Assembly: GCF_963921235.1 (NCBI RefSeq)
Contig: NC_086107.1
Location: 108,688,001 to 108,752,000, forward strand
DNA from: Mobula hypostoma
Lineage: Eukaryota
Direction: 5' to 3'
DNA: 64,000 nt
A model generated the notes under the pieces. It saw nothing but the letters and a program-made list of their open reading frames with translations, searched no databases and had not been told where the DNA came from. Shown here piece after piece: positions 1-13,425 of the stretch; the stretch's first letter is position 1, and the number at the start of each line of letters is the position of its first letter. Made by a program: the position numbers and the translations under genes.

Positions 1-360
1 CATGGACACTAGCCTCCACAGCATCCATGATACCTTCAAGGTGCCATCATTAAGGACCCCCATCACCCAGCTCATGCCCTGTTCTCATTGCTACCATTAG
101 GAAGGAGGCACAGAAGCCTGAAGGCACACACTCAGTGATTCAGGAACAGCTTCATCCGATTTTTGAATGGACATTGAACCCACGAACACTACTTCACTAC
201 TTTTTTAATTTCTATCATTGCACTACTTAGTTAATTTTATATAAATATATACTTACAGTAATTCACAGTTTTTTCCTGTTATTACGTATTGCATTGTACT
301 GCTATCGCAAAGACAACAAATTTCACGACTTATAACTATGTGACAATAAACCTGTTTCTG
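1..360 (+). mobile_element. Rex1/Babar-type LINE 3' fragment
   Basis: Degenerate IKDPHHPAHALFSLLPLGRR..SLK C-terminal motif, then an AT-rich 3' UTR with AATAAA; same family as 2790-3775 and 14850-15520. Confidence 0.75.
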
Positions 361-556
361 GTTTTGAGACTTCAGCCATTGGGGTATCTTTCCTTTGATG
401 TCTACTGACTCTCGTTTTCCAGGATCCTTGACATCAACTCAGTCAAATGCCACCTTGATATCAAGTGTAGTCACTCTCACCTCACTCCTGAATTCAGCTC
501 TGCTGTCGGTGCTCAGATCAAGGCTGTGGTAGTAACATAGGGGACCATATGTAAGG

Positions 557-1368
557 AGGGAGCAGAAGATGGCGGCGCGACGCAGCGCGTGCGGCCGTTC
601 CGAATGAATATCGATATGTGCAACTAGGGGTGCCGTGAACAATCCGGATTTGATGGGGACAGGCGTGAGAAAGCGCAGAGGAACATCTGGATTAACTTCT
701 GAAATGCCCGCTTCGCTGCCGCTGCTACTGTGCGATCGAGAATCTCCGGAGACGAAGGCCCCAAATCCTCAGCTTTGCCTATTGCCTGTTGCCGGGGCCG
801 GGGTCAAAACGCTCGGCAGAGATAGTGCTCAGTGCTCGGCGTTGAATAGGTGGTCGGAGGCTTGGAGTTTTTCGGACGGACTCGGAGTCGGACTGTGGTC
901 GGATGCGTCCGGGATGCCAACGATAAACCTTGGCGGCGCTGGAGGTTTACCATCTGCATGAGATGATGGGACTTTCGAGAGACTCTGAGACTTTTACTAT
1001 GCCATGAACAACAGGAATTCTGCAGATGCTGGAAATTCAAGCAACACACATCAAAGTTGCTGGTGAACGCAGCAGGCCAGGCAGCATCTATAGGAAGAGG
1101 CGCAGTCGACGTTTCAGGCCGAGACCCTTCGTGAGGACTAACTGAAGGAAGAGTGAGTAAGGGATGCCATGGTCTATTCTTATCAAATTACGGTATTGTT
1201 TTGCACTGTTGTAACTATATGTTATAATTATGTGGTTTTTGTTAGTTTTTAAGTTGGTTTGTCATATGTTTTTGTGATAATCATTCTGGAAAAACATTTT
1301 TATCATTTCTTATTGCATGCATTACTAAATGACAATAAAAGGGGACTGTGTGTCCTCATAATCATAAT
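557..1368 (+). mobile_element. Non-autonomous retroposon (AAGATGGCG head, Rex1-like tail), copy 1, interrupted by a Penelope-derived unit
   Basis: Clearly homologous to 20597-21268 and 36572-37064; no conserved ORF; tail AAATGACAATAAA..(AATC)n. Confidence 0.75.
1007..1163 (-). mobile_element. Penelope-derived terminal-repeat unit with decayed hammerhead motif
   Basis: Flanked by 8-bp TSD ATGCCATG (999-1006, 1164-1171); core mutated to CTCACGA. Confidence 0.75.
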
Positions 1369-2872
1369 ATATTGTCCCATCAAGCCAACGTTATCTCACA
1401 GAGCAATCCCATCAATCCCAAGCCCCCATCAGGATTTCCTGCAACCTATTCTGACTCTGATTCTTTCAACCGTGGCTATCGACAACAAGATAGCTGTCAG
1501 TGTCTTCCCACACAAGGCCTTGGTCAACACAGGAGGGAGTGTAAACCAGCTCCCTTGCCAAGAAATGTGTCAAATGATGCTAGGGCAACAGACATAATCA
1601 GATCACCGCCTCTTTTTGCGTGGAGCAGGTTATTGTATCAGGACCATTGAAATTTACAAAGAGAAAAAAAGAAATGTTATCAGCATGGTAGGTATTCCCA
1701 TCAGACCTCTGCATACTTGAAAGAACTGCACAATCACTTTCCTCTTGCCTAGGTTTCCTGTCAGATTTTTCTTTGCCACTGAGTTAGTGCCAGTGCCTTA
1801 GGGAAGGTGCGAGAAAGCACTAAACAATCGTAGCTTCTGGTGTTCCTGGTGAATTAAGTTCGGATTAGTTTGGTGTTACTTTATGAGGCTTTCAGTATGT
1901 AACATTGGAGCTGTAGGCACCCTGTACATTGCCGGAGTCACAGCATCTAATTGATTTTGATTTGAAAAGACATGGAATCCTTTATTAGTTCTGATTATAA
2001 AAAAAATGGAAAAATGTGTTTTTTTATATACCTGACAATGACAACTCTGAAATCAAAGCAGTTAGGTAAATGCTTATAGGAATAAAGTCATAGAACGTGA
2101 CAGCACAGAAACAGGCCCTTCAGCCCATCTAGTCTGCGCCAAACGTTTATGCCGTCTAGTCGCATCCACCTGCCCCTGGACCATAGCCCTCCACACCCTC
2201 CATGCACCTACGCATATTGCATTGTTGAAATCAAACCCTCATCCACCACTTTTGCTGGCAGCCCGTTCCACATTTGCATCACCCTCCGAGTGGGCACTTC
2301 ACCCTTCCCCCCTTAACCCATGACGTCGAGTTCTGGTCTCACCCAGCCTCAGAAGAGAAAGCCTGCTTGCATTTGCCCTATCTGTTCCCGCCGTAATGTT
2401 TAAAGTTTTTATTTGGAGATACAGTGCAGAATAGGTCCTTCTGGCCTTTTGGACCCCACCGCCCAGCAATCTCCGACTATCCTGATCTAACTGGAACCTA
2501 TTCCTGGGACAATTTAGAATGACCAATTAACCTACCTTTGGACTGTGGGAGGAAACTTGGGCATCCGAAGGAATCTCATGCATTCCACAGTGGGTGGGGT
2601 GTGGGGGGGGGCGGGGAGGTCGTACAAGGTCTCCTTACAGAAGACGCTGGGATCAAACTCTGAACTCTGACGCTTGAACACCTCTATCAAATCTCCTCTC
2701 ACTCTTCTACATTCCAGGGAATAAAGTCTGAACGCAAATTCTCCTAAAAAAAAATTAAAGAGCACTTTTAGAAACAACAACGTCTAAGAACAGAAATGCC
2801 TGCAAAAAATGGTGGATGTAGCCCAGTCCATCACGGGGAAAGCCCTCCCCACCACTGAGCGCATTTACAAGG

Positions 2873-3357
2873 TGTGTATGGGGTGGGGTAGCACCCCTGG
2901 TGGCGGGCTTGTCGTGCTCCGCCCAGGGGCAGCCCGTCCACCTGCCACCCAGCTCTCACCCATGTCTCCAAGTAGCTGTCTGCACACGGCAGTGGCCACT
3001 ACTTCGACAGGCAGGCTAAACCAGGTGAGGGTAGCCGGGAACCTCCAACCCCAGTGAGGTAGGGATTTGCCAGCCCCAGCAGGCGAAGCCAGTACCGGCG
3101 GACTGGGCGGATAAGATCCAACGGCCGAGAAGGTGGTGCTGCGATGCTCTGTGGAGAGCGAAGGCAAGGCACAGGAGGCATCACCGTTATCCCACTGCAG
3201 CCGAGGAAGTCTCCAATCGTGATGATTTTTCATACCATCGGACCAAGACTTCTGAGGCTGAGAGAGAGTGGAACTGCCCCAGTGCAACGGCTTTTTCATT
3301 ATAAAACTCCTCCCGCACAGGTTTTGGTCGTCGTCGGAAACAACTGACAACCAACAC
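2873..3357 (+). mobile_element. Bipartite RTE-derived non-autonomous element inserted in a Rex1-type fragment
   Basis: TSD ACAAGG (2867-2872, 3358-3363); splits host ...ALPTTERIYK / EHCH..HHPG.ALFSL; homologous to 39985-40490 and to the 5' UTR and 3' end of the RTE at 54080-57616. Confidence 0.7.
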
Positions 3358-3774
3358 ACAAGGAGCACTGCCACCAGTAAACAGCATCCGTGAGCAAGAA
3401 TCCCCACCATCCAGGCCGTGCTCTATTCTCACTGATGCATCGGGAAGCAGGTACAGGAGTATCAGGTCCTGCTCCACCAGGTTCAGGAACGGTTATTTCC
3501 CTTCAAACATCAGGCTCCGGAACCAGTGTGGATAACTTCACTCATCCCAACTCTGAACTGATTCCACAACCTAGGGACTCACTTTAAAGTATTCTACAAC
3601 TCACGTCCTCAGTAGTATTTATTTATTGATATCATTTTTTTTTGTATTTGCACAGTTTGTCTCCTTTAGAACATTGGTTGATTGTCAGTTGTTGTTTGTG
3701 CATAGTTTTCCATTGATTCTATTGTAGTTCTTTGTTCTACTCTGAATGCCTACAAGAAAATGAATCTCAGAGTA

Positions 3775-5142
3775 GAATGGGTTCCGATTCATTGGGCCAT
3801 TGATTAATCTGGGCCATTGGTTATTTGAGAAAACTCTTAAAGAACAAACACAAAATGAGAAAATAGCTGGAATTCCCTTTATTTATTTGGGACGCTATGC
3901 TGTTTAATTGGAACAAGAGACTATGGCTGTGTATATACATCTATTGATGCTTCTGGACACATCTTTAGTGATGTTCCTGGAATCATCTGGTGTTTCGGGT
4001 CTTTCAACATCATACAACCTCCTCCAGGTGACCCAGCCGGGGCTGATCAGACCCCAGCTTGTGTCCAGATGACTAGCTACTTATGACTCCATGGCTCCCC
4101 GCTTTTGAGCCACAGCCATCTTGAGGCCCTCTCTGCCGCATCGGTGGTACTGCGGATGGCTCTCCTCTTCCTCTCTCCCTCGATGCCCAAAATACTGAAG
4201 GCTCTAACTAAAGAATGGGCTATGAATCCCCTACAACCAACCTCCACTGGGAGACACCTCGCTCTCCATCCAGCCTGCTGACAGTTGCTGACCAGTCCTG
4301 CGTACTTGAAGAGCTTCCTTTCAAAGGCCTCTTCCAAGCTATCTTCCCATGGGACTGTCAGCTCCAGCAGCACCACTTGCTTAGTAAACTCAGGCACTAG
4401 GACAATGTCTGGTCGCAGGGTGGTGGCTGCAATATGGTTGGGGAACTTCAGCTGCCCTTCCGAATATTTTCTAACTAGGTTCAGTCACATGCATGTCGTG
4501 TGGCTGTTAGACACTACAACATCTTGGAGCAAACAGTTTTTAAATTGCTTCGCCTGCCTGGTTAATGTTCAGGAAACAGTGATTTTTGTCACTGATAACT
4601 GGTGGGAAGACAATTCTGAACTGTTTTGCTCACTGTGGTTTCAAGCATTCAAGTTTGGAGATGCCAGAAACGGTCGGGAGTGAAAACAAAACTATTTCAC
4701 TGCTTCAACAAGTTGAGAACTACTGAGAATTTGAAGGCATCTATCAACAATCATCTTGAATGTTACAGTGAAAATGAAGACTTGGAGGATGCAATCATTG
4801 AAAGCATTGTATGAAGGCTGTCCATTATCTGCACTAGCTGTCTGAACTGATTTTGTTCATTTACAGTCAATCAAAAGACACATCAGTGTACACTGGATGA
4901 ATTCCTCTGTGGATAACCATTAGGAATTAATACACAGATTTATAGCATTGTAGTAGTTTTGGTATTATTCTAATTTATTCTGTATTTCATTTAAATACAT
5001 AAATTGTTACTCATTTAAACTGTAATTTGTCTTTTTTATACCTTTTTAACTATTCCTATGAGACTTCAGCTAAATGGGGCAGCAGCTTAATTGGGCCAAA
5101 ATGTACTGGTCCCAATGTATTCCAATTAAGCAGAATCCACTG
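3775..5142. mobile_element. Tigger/pogo-like DNA transposon remnant
   Basis: Degenerate TIRs resembling CAGTGGATTC..TTAATTGG; internal ...NNHLECYSENEDLEDAIIESIV transposase-tail-like relic. Confidence 0.55.
3935..4461 (-). mobile_element. HERO-like non-LTR retrotransposon (restriction-like endonuclease class), 5'-truncated 3' end
   Basis: LRPDIVL..KQVVLLELTVPWEDSLEEAFERKLFKY...PVEVGCRGF...AAERASRWLWLK, the RLE PD..E motif C-terminus; 3' UTR at 3935-4076. Confidence 0.85.
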
Positions 5143-6221
5143 ATATAGTAACATAGATGTACTTTGATAATAACTAGACTTTGAACTTTGCTTCCTACTG
5201 ATTTCTTGCCTGTGAGGCAAAGGTTTGAGGGCTCGAGCCACACCCTTGAGGCCAGAGCAGAAAACCAGAGGTTGGATTTAGATAGATAGATAGATAGATA
5301 GATATACTTTATTGATCCCGAGGGAAATTGGGTTTCGTTACAGCCGCACCAACCAAGAATAGAGCATAAATATAGCAATACAAAACCCACAAACAATCAA
5401 ACAACAAAATGCAAACTATGCCAGATGGAAAAAAGTCCAGGACCAGCCTATTCAAAGTGCCGAGGAGATGCTGCATTGTTGAGGTGTCTACTTTCCAATA
5501 AGGATCTTATTTGAAGAACTCTGCCAGATGGACATTGTAGATCTCGTCATACTGCCAGCTTATCTCCAGCCAATCTCGATCCATCGATCAGCATTAGCAC
5601 AAGGTAATTGGCTTGTTATGACCCTGTTTCCGGTAGGAACATGCTGGATTACGCTGGTTGCCAAGTCTCCCATATCCCACCCGTAACTTCTGCACATTCC
5701 AATAGCTCTAAACATGAAATGTGCCAATAGAAACTCCTGTAACTCGGGCCATATCAGCACAACATAAGACCATAAGAGAGGCCATTTGGCCCATTGAGTC
5801 TTTTCCATCATTCCATCATGGCTGACTTATTATCATTCTCAGCACCATTCTCCTGCCTTCTCCCCGGAACATTTGCTGCCCTTACTAACCTATCAACCTC
5901 CACTTTAAGTATATCTGACAACTTGACCTCCACAGACAATGTAGAAGCCAACCCTTTGGCCCACTGAATCCATGCTGAACATCATTTTAACATGAATACC
6001 ATTTTACTTCCCACACACTTCAATCAACCCTCCCCAGTTTTTACTGCTCACCTGCACACTAGAGGCAATTTCATGTGGCCAGTTATCCTAACAATCCTCA
6101 CATCATTTTGATGCAGTAGGAAACTGGAGGATCAGGGAGAGACTCATGGTGAGCACTTGCAAACTCCACACAGACAGCATAGGAGGATAGTCTTTGGACA
6201 AACCAACGCTGGAGGTTACCA

Positions 6222-6715
6222 TGTTGAGCCCGTACTTGTATTGGGGGTGCAAAGAGCTCATGGTTAAATTCCTGGACTAGCAGGCAGGGTTCTAAACAAT
6301 CAACCCAGAGACGCGAGTCCGAACCCCACCGGTGTCGCGTGGGGGTGTGGCTTATTTGCTGGTCGAAAGCCGCGGCCGTTTGAAATCTGTAGCAGCTCTT
6401 TCCCATTGGTTGCCTTGTGTGCCACAGCTTTGGTATTTGGTTTCAAGTACCTCAGATATAAAGAGAAGCACATGCAGGAGGTTCTCTCTCTTTCCTTTGT
6501 CTCCAGGGCACGCTTCACAGAACCATCAGGCTCTGCGCACACTTCTAGCTAAGTTTCTGTTTGTTGAATATTTAGTTTTGTAGTCCGTATAACTTGGGGA
6601 ATTTCAATGTTTGGTCAAATCTCTTAGTGTTTGTAAATAAATTATGAATAGGCTTATTCATAGTCAGTGTTTTCTGTCTCACTCAATAAACCCATGAACC
6701 TGCTTCCACATTACA
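6222..6715 (+). mobile_element. Probable solo LTR
   Basis: TG...TACA ends, TATA-like GATATAAA near 6456, AATAAA near 6637 and 6685; no clean TSD found. Confidence 0.45.
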
Positions 6716-9700
6716 ACTGGGGGCAGCCGGGGGATTTAAATTCTTCATCGTATCAAAGGTAAAGTTGAAGTTAAAAATAATGATCTCAGTGAAATGAAGG
6801 GATTAGTGTGTAAAACTATCAGGGAAGGAAATATGTCCTTTTCCAGTCTGGCCTCTGAGTGATTGCACACCCACGAGAACTAGAAATTGGAGCAGGAGTA
6901 GGCCATTCAGCCCATCAAGCCTGCTCTGGCACTCAATAAGATCATGGCTGATCTGACCATGGACTCAGCTCCACCTACCCGCCTTTTCCCCATAATCCTC
7001 AACTCCTCTACTGTGCAAAAGTCTAACTGTGTTTTAAAGATATGTTTCGTGAGATAGCCTCTACTGCTTTCCTAGGCAAAAAATTCCACAGATTCACTAC
7101 TCTCTGGGAGAAGCAGTTTCTCTTCATCTCCGTCTTAAATCTATTTCCCTGAATCTTGAGGCTATATCCACTAGTTCTAGTCCACTTACTAATGGAAACA
7201 ACTTTTCTGTCTCTATCCTATCTTTCCCTTTCATAATTCAAAGTTCAAAGTTCAGAGCACATTTGTTATCAAAGTAAGTGTACATTATACATGCTTGAGA
7301 CTCACCTCCTTACAAGCATGCACAAAACAAAGGAACTCCAATAGAACCTGTTAAAAAAGGTGGCCAAACACCCAATGTGAAGAGAGAAAAAGTAACGAGC
7401 AAACAATAACAGTAAACAAATAGCATTCAGAACCAAAATGAGTGCGTTGATACAAGGCCCAGAGCAGCCGAAGCAGGCCACAGCCTCAGACTCAGTTCAG
7501 CACAGAGCCAAGTAAACGTGTAGGAGCCCTCAGTCAACAATTTGTATGCTTCAGTAAGATCTCCACTCATTCTTCTGAATTCCAGCGAGTGTAGCCTCAT
7601 TAAATATATTTAAGGCACAGTTAGATTGAGTTTTGCGTAGCAAGGGAATTAAAGGTTCAAAGGTTCATTTATTATCAAAGTATACAACCCTGAAATTCAT
7701 AGCCAGAAAACCAAGAAAGAAAAGAATGGTCAACAACCCTCAAATCCCCCCTCCCTGCACAAAAAAACAAACAAAAACAGAACAGGCATATCGATCCCTC
7801 AAATCCCCTTCCCCGCACATATAAAACAAGAAAGACCAGGTGAAAAACACAGAATACAAAAAAAAAATCATAAGACTATTAAAGAGTCCACAGTCCAAGT
7901 CCACATCCAAAACACAGAAAACATGGGCAATATTCTCCCTCTCTGTAGAAGAGCAATCTCACTAGCGATAAAAAGGCAGTCTCCCCTCTCTATAGCAGAG
8001 CGATCTCACTGGTGATAAAAAGGTGGTCTCTCCTCTCTATAGCAGAATTAAGGCTTATGGGGGAAAAGGCAGGCACGTGGAGCTGAGCCCGTGGCCAGAT
8101 CAGACATGATCTTGTTGAATGGCTAACCCCCTCATTTCCAGATAAACCTGGTGAACCTCCTCTGGCCCTTCTCCAAAAGTGGGAAATCTTTCCTCAAGCA
8201 AGACCAGACTTTAGTCAGGGCAGTATGGTAGTATAATGGTTAGTATAAGGCAATTACATGCCAGCAACCCACATTCAATTCTACTGCTGTCTATAATGAG
8301 TTTGCACTTTCTCCCAATGAGTGCAAGGTTTCCTCCAGGTGCTCCGGCTTCCTCCCATATTCCAAAGACGTACAGGTTAGTTGGGTGCAATTGGGCTAGA
8401 CGGGCCTGTTACTGTGCTGTACCTCAAAATAATAAATAAAACAGGCAGGCGGTACTCCAGGTGAGGCCTTACCAGTACCCCATAAGTTTCACCATATCCT
8501 CCCTAGCTCTTAAATTCAATCCTTCTAGCAATGAAGTCCATCATTCCAGTTGCCTCCTCGATAACCTGTTGCACCCGCAAACCAACCTTTAGCGATTCAA
8601 GCAGAAACACTCCCAAGTCCCTCTGTGTAGCAGCATACTGTAATCGTTCACCAACAATGCCGCCAATACCGCTGACCGCAATTCATGCAATCCTATCAGA
8701 TTCCTTCTTCTCCAGTCCTTGACCTTTCCTAACCCACCTGGCTTCACTTATCACCTTCTTGCTATCCTCTTTTCCCCACCCCCACCCCCACCTTTTAGTT
8801 CGGCATCCTCCTCATTCCTTCTCAGTCTCTCCTCTTCATAGCCTGGAACGTCGACTGTTTATTCACTTCCACAGATGCTGCCTGACCTGCTCAGTTCCTC
8901 CTGCATTTTGTATGTGTTGTTTTCGCAATTCTTGCAACTGGGGCTTCCTCCGAATGCTCCAGTTGCTTGCCACAGTCCAAAGACATACCGGTTACTAGGT
9001 TAATCGGTCATTGTAGATAATCGCTGGAGTTAAATAGGTGGGGTGCTGGGTGGCACAGATCGTTGGTCCGGAAAGACTTGTTCCTTGATTTAGCTCTAAA
9101 TAGATAAATAAATGTAAAGATGGGCATTAAATATTGGCACTGCTAGCAACATCTGTGTCCTGTGAATCAATGGAGAAAAATGCCAGGCTTTCTCCCTCTC
9201 TAGTTTCACACAGGTGCTCTGTAACTGTGTGTGGAGTTAATATTATTCATACTTTGTCTGTTAATGTTTTCAAACCATTTGTCATCATGCATCCCTCACA
9301 GAATCATAATTAGGTCTCTATACAATGCACGGCACATCTGCTTCTCTGAATTAATAGCCCTGTGGACACGGCAGCGAATTCTCCAAGGATCTGTGCTCAG
9401 TGCATTAATCGGGGAGATGGATTGCAGGGGATATTTGGCCCAGACTGGTTCGAGATGATGTCTCGCAAATCGCAAATGGTTCCACCTGGTCTGTCCTTAT
9501 TGCAAAGTGTGCTCCCCTATTTCTTAGCTTCCAATGTCCTCTCACTTTCCCGGTGCCTCAGGAAAGCTGCCAGCGTAATCATGGACACCTCCACGCTGGT
9601 CATTCTCTCTTCTCTCCCTCTTCAATCAGGCAGAAGATATAAAAGTTTGCGAACACCAGGTTCAAGGACAGATTCATCTCACAATTACAGTCTTATCCAA

Positions 9701-11311
9701 TAAAGACAGACTCTTGATCTCTCTGTAGACTTAGCATGGCCCTTGCATATTTTATGCTTTCCTGCCCTGTAACTGGTACACTGTATTCTCTTCTTTCTCT
9801 TTTGTACTCAGTGTACCAAAGCTTCACTGTTCTGACTAGGTGGCACGCAAATGAAAGCTTTTCATTACATTTCAGTTCATGTGCCAGGAATAAATCATCT
9901 AAAGGCAACCCCAGTCCTACTCAATGAACTGTTGGAGAAATCCTAATACAGTACAGCATCAATGCAAAAAATGTCATCTCATAGAAATCTCCTGCTCCAA
10001 GCAAGGAAGACTCATAATGAGCCAAAAGTAAAGATCATTCAACTGACTTGAGGTGTGATGGAGAAATGGTTAAGTTGCTGGACTTGCAGCCAGGGCTCTG
10101 GATCATTGACCCAGTGATGTGAGTTTGAATCCCACCTTGGCAGCTGGAAAATTAAATTCAGGCCATCAAGGCATTCCCTCCGCTGTCTGTAAGGTGTTCA
10201 TACCTTCTCCCGGTGGGTTTCCTCCAAGTACTCTGGTTTCCTCCCACATTCTAAAGACGTATGTGTTATTAGGTTAATTGGTCACATAGGCGCAGGCTCA
10301 TTGGAGTGGAAGACTTTGTTACTATGCAGTATCTATCTATCGATCAATAAATAAATAAATTCAATGGTTCAAGGTTCATTTTCATATCAGAGAATGTATA
10401 CAGTATACAACCTGAAATTCTTACTCTTCACAGAAACATCCACAAAACAAGAAATCCCAAAGAATGAATGACAGCAACATCAAATCCCTTGAAGTCCCCC
10501 CATTCACACAAGACAGAGGCCCCTCCTTTGTATAAATATAAAAATAAATAGAGTTGAATACATAGATAGGAGAGAGAGATAGATAGATACAGAATTTTAA
10601 TCGAAAATAGCCTCAGAAAAAGTAATGTGGAAGGACTCTGGGCATCATTAGGTTTGCAAAGCCTAGGAATGGCCTTTTAGCTGCTGGATGATCTCATAAA
10701 GGATGAAAGCATCGCCAACTAGCAGAATTTGGCTTGAGTTGTGAATGCCTACAATTGCAAGAATTAGCCAGCAAAGGTACATAGAACATACTCTAGTAGA
10801 GGCTATTCAACCCATAATGGTGAGCAGATCTTTTAACCTACTCAAAGATCAATCTACCCTTCCCTCCCACTTAGCCCTCCACTTTTCTTTCATCCATATA
10901 AGAGAGAATTAAATATCTCTAATCTATTGGCCTCCTCCACCAACCCTGGCGGAGCATCCCATGGTCCTACCACGCTCTATGTAAAATTTCTCCTTCTGAC
11001 CTCCCCCGTTTATCTTCCTCCAATTAGCTTAAAATTATGCTCCTCATATTAGCCATTTCCACTCTGGGAAAACATCTCTGGCTATGCCTCTTACTATTTT
11101 ATACACCTCTAGCAAGTCTCCTCTCATCCTCCTTCACTCCAAAGAGAAAAGTCCTAGCTTGCTCAACCTTTCCTTGTAAGACATCTCTGTAATCCAGGCA
11201 GCATCCTGGTAAATCTCCTCTGCTCCTTCCCTAAAGCTTCTACATCCTTCCTATAACAAACTGATGCCTATTTACTTCTGTTTACAAGATGGTTGAGTGT
11301 TTCCCATTGAC

Positions 11312-11390
11312 CAGGGGTCCCCAACCTTTTTTGTGCCATGGAGCTCTATCATTAACCAAAAGGTCCAAGGACCCTAGGTTGGAACCCCTG
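11312..11390. mobile_element. hAT (Charlie-like) MITE
   Basis: TIRs CAGGGGT..CCAACC / GGTTGGAACCCCTG; degenerate 8-bp TSD CCATTGAC/CTCTAGAC; related copy near 33540-33620. Confidence 0.6.
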
Positions 11391-11765
11391 CTCTAGACAC
11401 TGCTTAATCTATAATCTTAACCCAATAAAGAGTCTCGGCCCAAAACATTGACCATTTATTCCTCTCCACAGATGTTGCTTGACCTGTTCAGTTCCTCTAG
11501 TATTTTGTCCATTTGTTTAGATTTCCAGCATCTGTAGAATCGCTTATGTTTATGATCAGCAGTTGGTCTCTTTCACTTTATAGACAATGACTTATTCCTG
11601 AGACACCGTGGGGCGTTGGATCCGACTGTTTATTTCAGTTCAGTGGGTCCCTCTAGTGGTTATACAAAGTATGATTCTGGAAGCCTCTCTTGGTGTTGCA
11701 TTACTTGGATAAGAGCTATATCATTGGTTGACTCTCATCTACACATTTAAATGGAATTTTCACTA

Positions 11766-11780
11766 CCAATGGGTATAAAA
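11766..11780 (+). promoter_or_regulatory. Candidate TATA box with adjacent CCAAT
   Basis: CCAATGGGTATAAAAG in unique DNA about 170 nt upstream of ORF 11953. Confidence 0.3.
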
Positions 11781-11952
11781 GAGCTGCACCACAAAGTCAG
11801 TGCCACCTTAATCTTAGCTTCTTCTCCTATCACCATCCATTTCAATTTTCACCTGTTCTATCATTGCTTAATAAGACGACCATGAGGAAACAAGCTTTGT
11901 GCCTCTCTCCTGACTTCTGGAAAGAATCTTGGTGTTACGGTGAGCACTGGCA

Positions 11953-12130
11953 ATGACTGAACCCAGGTGCCGAGGAATGGCAGACTTCCCATGTAGAGAT
12001 GGAAACAAGAACGTTGGTACAACGACCAAGAACCACCATGAGAAAAATCATTCTCATCACAAGGACCCCGCAATGAGCGCTAATCAGGAGTCCACTTTAA
12101 ATAATCACAAAATGCAGAAAGCCCGTGTCA
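11953..12130 (+). CDS. Candidate first coding exon of an unidentified small gene
   Basis: Non-repetitive ORF MTEPRCRG...MQKARV ending at donor CA|GTAAGT (alternative CGT|GTCAGT at 12126). Confidence 0.3.
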
Positions 12131-12309
12131 GTAAGTATTAACTTGATGAGATTAAACAGAAAGAACAAGACAATAATTAGCAAATAGTCTTCAAGAAACT
12201 GAGAAGCCTAATGCACTATGGGAAGCCACTTAGCTCATGACACCTCGGATTAAAACATCAGAATATAATGGGAGATGGGGGGGGCGAAGGTTACCTGCCA
12301 AAGCTCTCA

Positions 12310-12975
12310 AACATAAGATATAGGACCAGAATTAGGCCTCTCAGCCCCAATCTTCTCATATTCCTTCATGCCCAGACTAGATAAGAATCTATCGACCTCT
12401 GTCTTAAACATACATAAAGACTAAGCTTCCACAGCTGCCTGTGGCAAGGAATTGCACAGATTCACCATTTTCTGGCTAAAGAAATTCCTATTCATCTCCG
12501 TTCTAGAAGGACACCACTGCATAGATGACTTTCTACATTCCAATGTAGAAAGTGGAATAGGTTGTGTCCTCTGGTCTTAGACTCCCCACCATAGGAAACA
12601 TCCTCTCCACATCCACTCTATCGAGGCCTTTCAATATTCGATAGATTTCAAATAGATCACCCTTCATTTTTCTGAATTCCAGTGAGTAGAAGCCCAGAGC
12701 CATCAAACGCTCTTCATATGACAAGTCTTTCAATCTCGGAAGCATTTTCATGAACCTCCTTTAAACCCTCTCCAATGTCTGCACATCCTTTCTTAAACAA
12801 GGGGTCTAAAATTGTTCACAATATTTCAAGTGAGGCCTCACCAGTGCTTTATAAAGCTTCAACATTACATCTTTGCTTCTATATTCTCGTCCTCTCAAAA
12901 TGAATGCTGACATTGCATTTGCCTTCCTCACCGCTGACTCAAACTGCAAATTAACTTTCAGGGAATCCTGCACAT
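12310..12975 (-). mobile_element. CR1 LINE 3' fragment
   Basis: LKDLSYEERLMALGFYSLEFRKMKGDLFEIYRILKGLDRVD motif. Confidence 0.85.
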
Positions 12976-13059
12976 CCAGAGACTCTCCTCAGAAAGGCTC
13001 TGAGTAGCCGTCACTTAGAAGATTTTGTTTCATTTGTTTGTGCAATGCAGGAAGGCCAT

Positions 13060-13425
13060 CACTTCCTGCCCCATCCATAATGCCTCATGACAGTGGTGAT
13101 GTTACGATCGAGGAACGTGTTTGTAGACCGGATATTGAACTTTTTGCTGTTGGACTTCGGCCATATTCCACCGAGATACAACACCGGGCGGCACGGGAGG
13201 TCGTTCCTGCCTGTGGCCATCGAACTTTGCAGCTCCTCCCGTGGAGGGTCAGACACCCTGAGCCAATAGGCTGGTCCTGGACTTATTTTCCATCTGGCAT
13301 AGTTTGCATATTGTTGTTTGATTGTTTGTGGTTTTGTATTGCTATATTTATGCTCTATTCTTGGTTGGTGCGGCTGTAACGAAACCCAATTTCCCTTGGG
13401 ATCGATAAAGTATATCTATCTATCT
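13060..13425 (+). mobile_element. Rex1/Babar-type LINE 3' end with (CTAT)n tail
   Basis: PRYNTGRHGRSFLPVAIEL; the same 3' UTR occurs reversed at 5278-5452 with a (GATA)n tail. Confidence 0.7.

Noticed and set aside
1470..1650. Ig-domain-like start (VSVFPHKALVNTGGSVNQLPC)
   Set aside because: No AG acceptor, frameshift before the Trp and no DxGxYxC strand; likely chance
3960..4030. Hammerhead-like motif in the HERO 3' UTR
   Set aside because: The core reads GTATGATG rather than CTGANGA and the stems do not close convincingly
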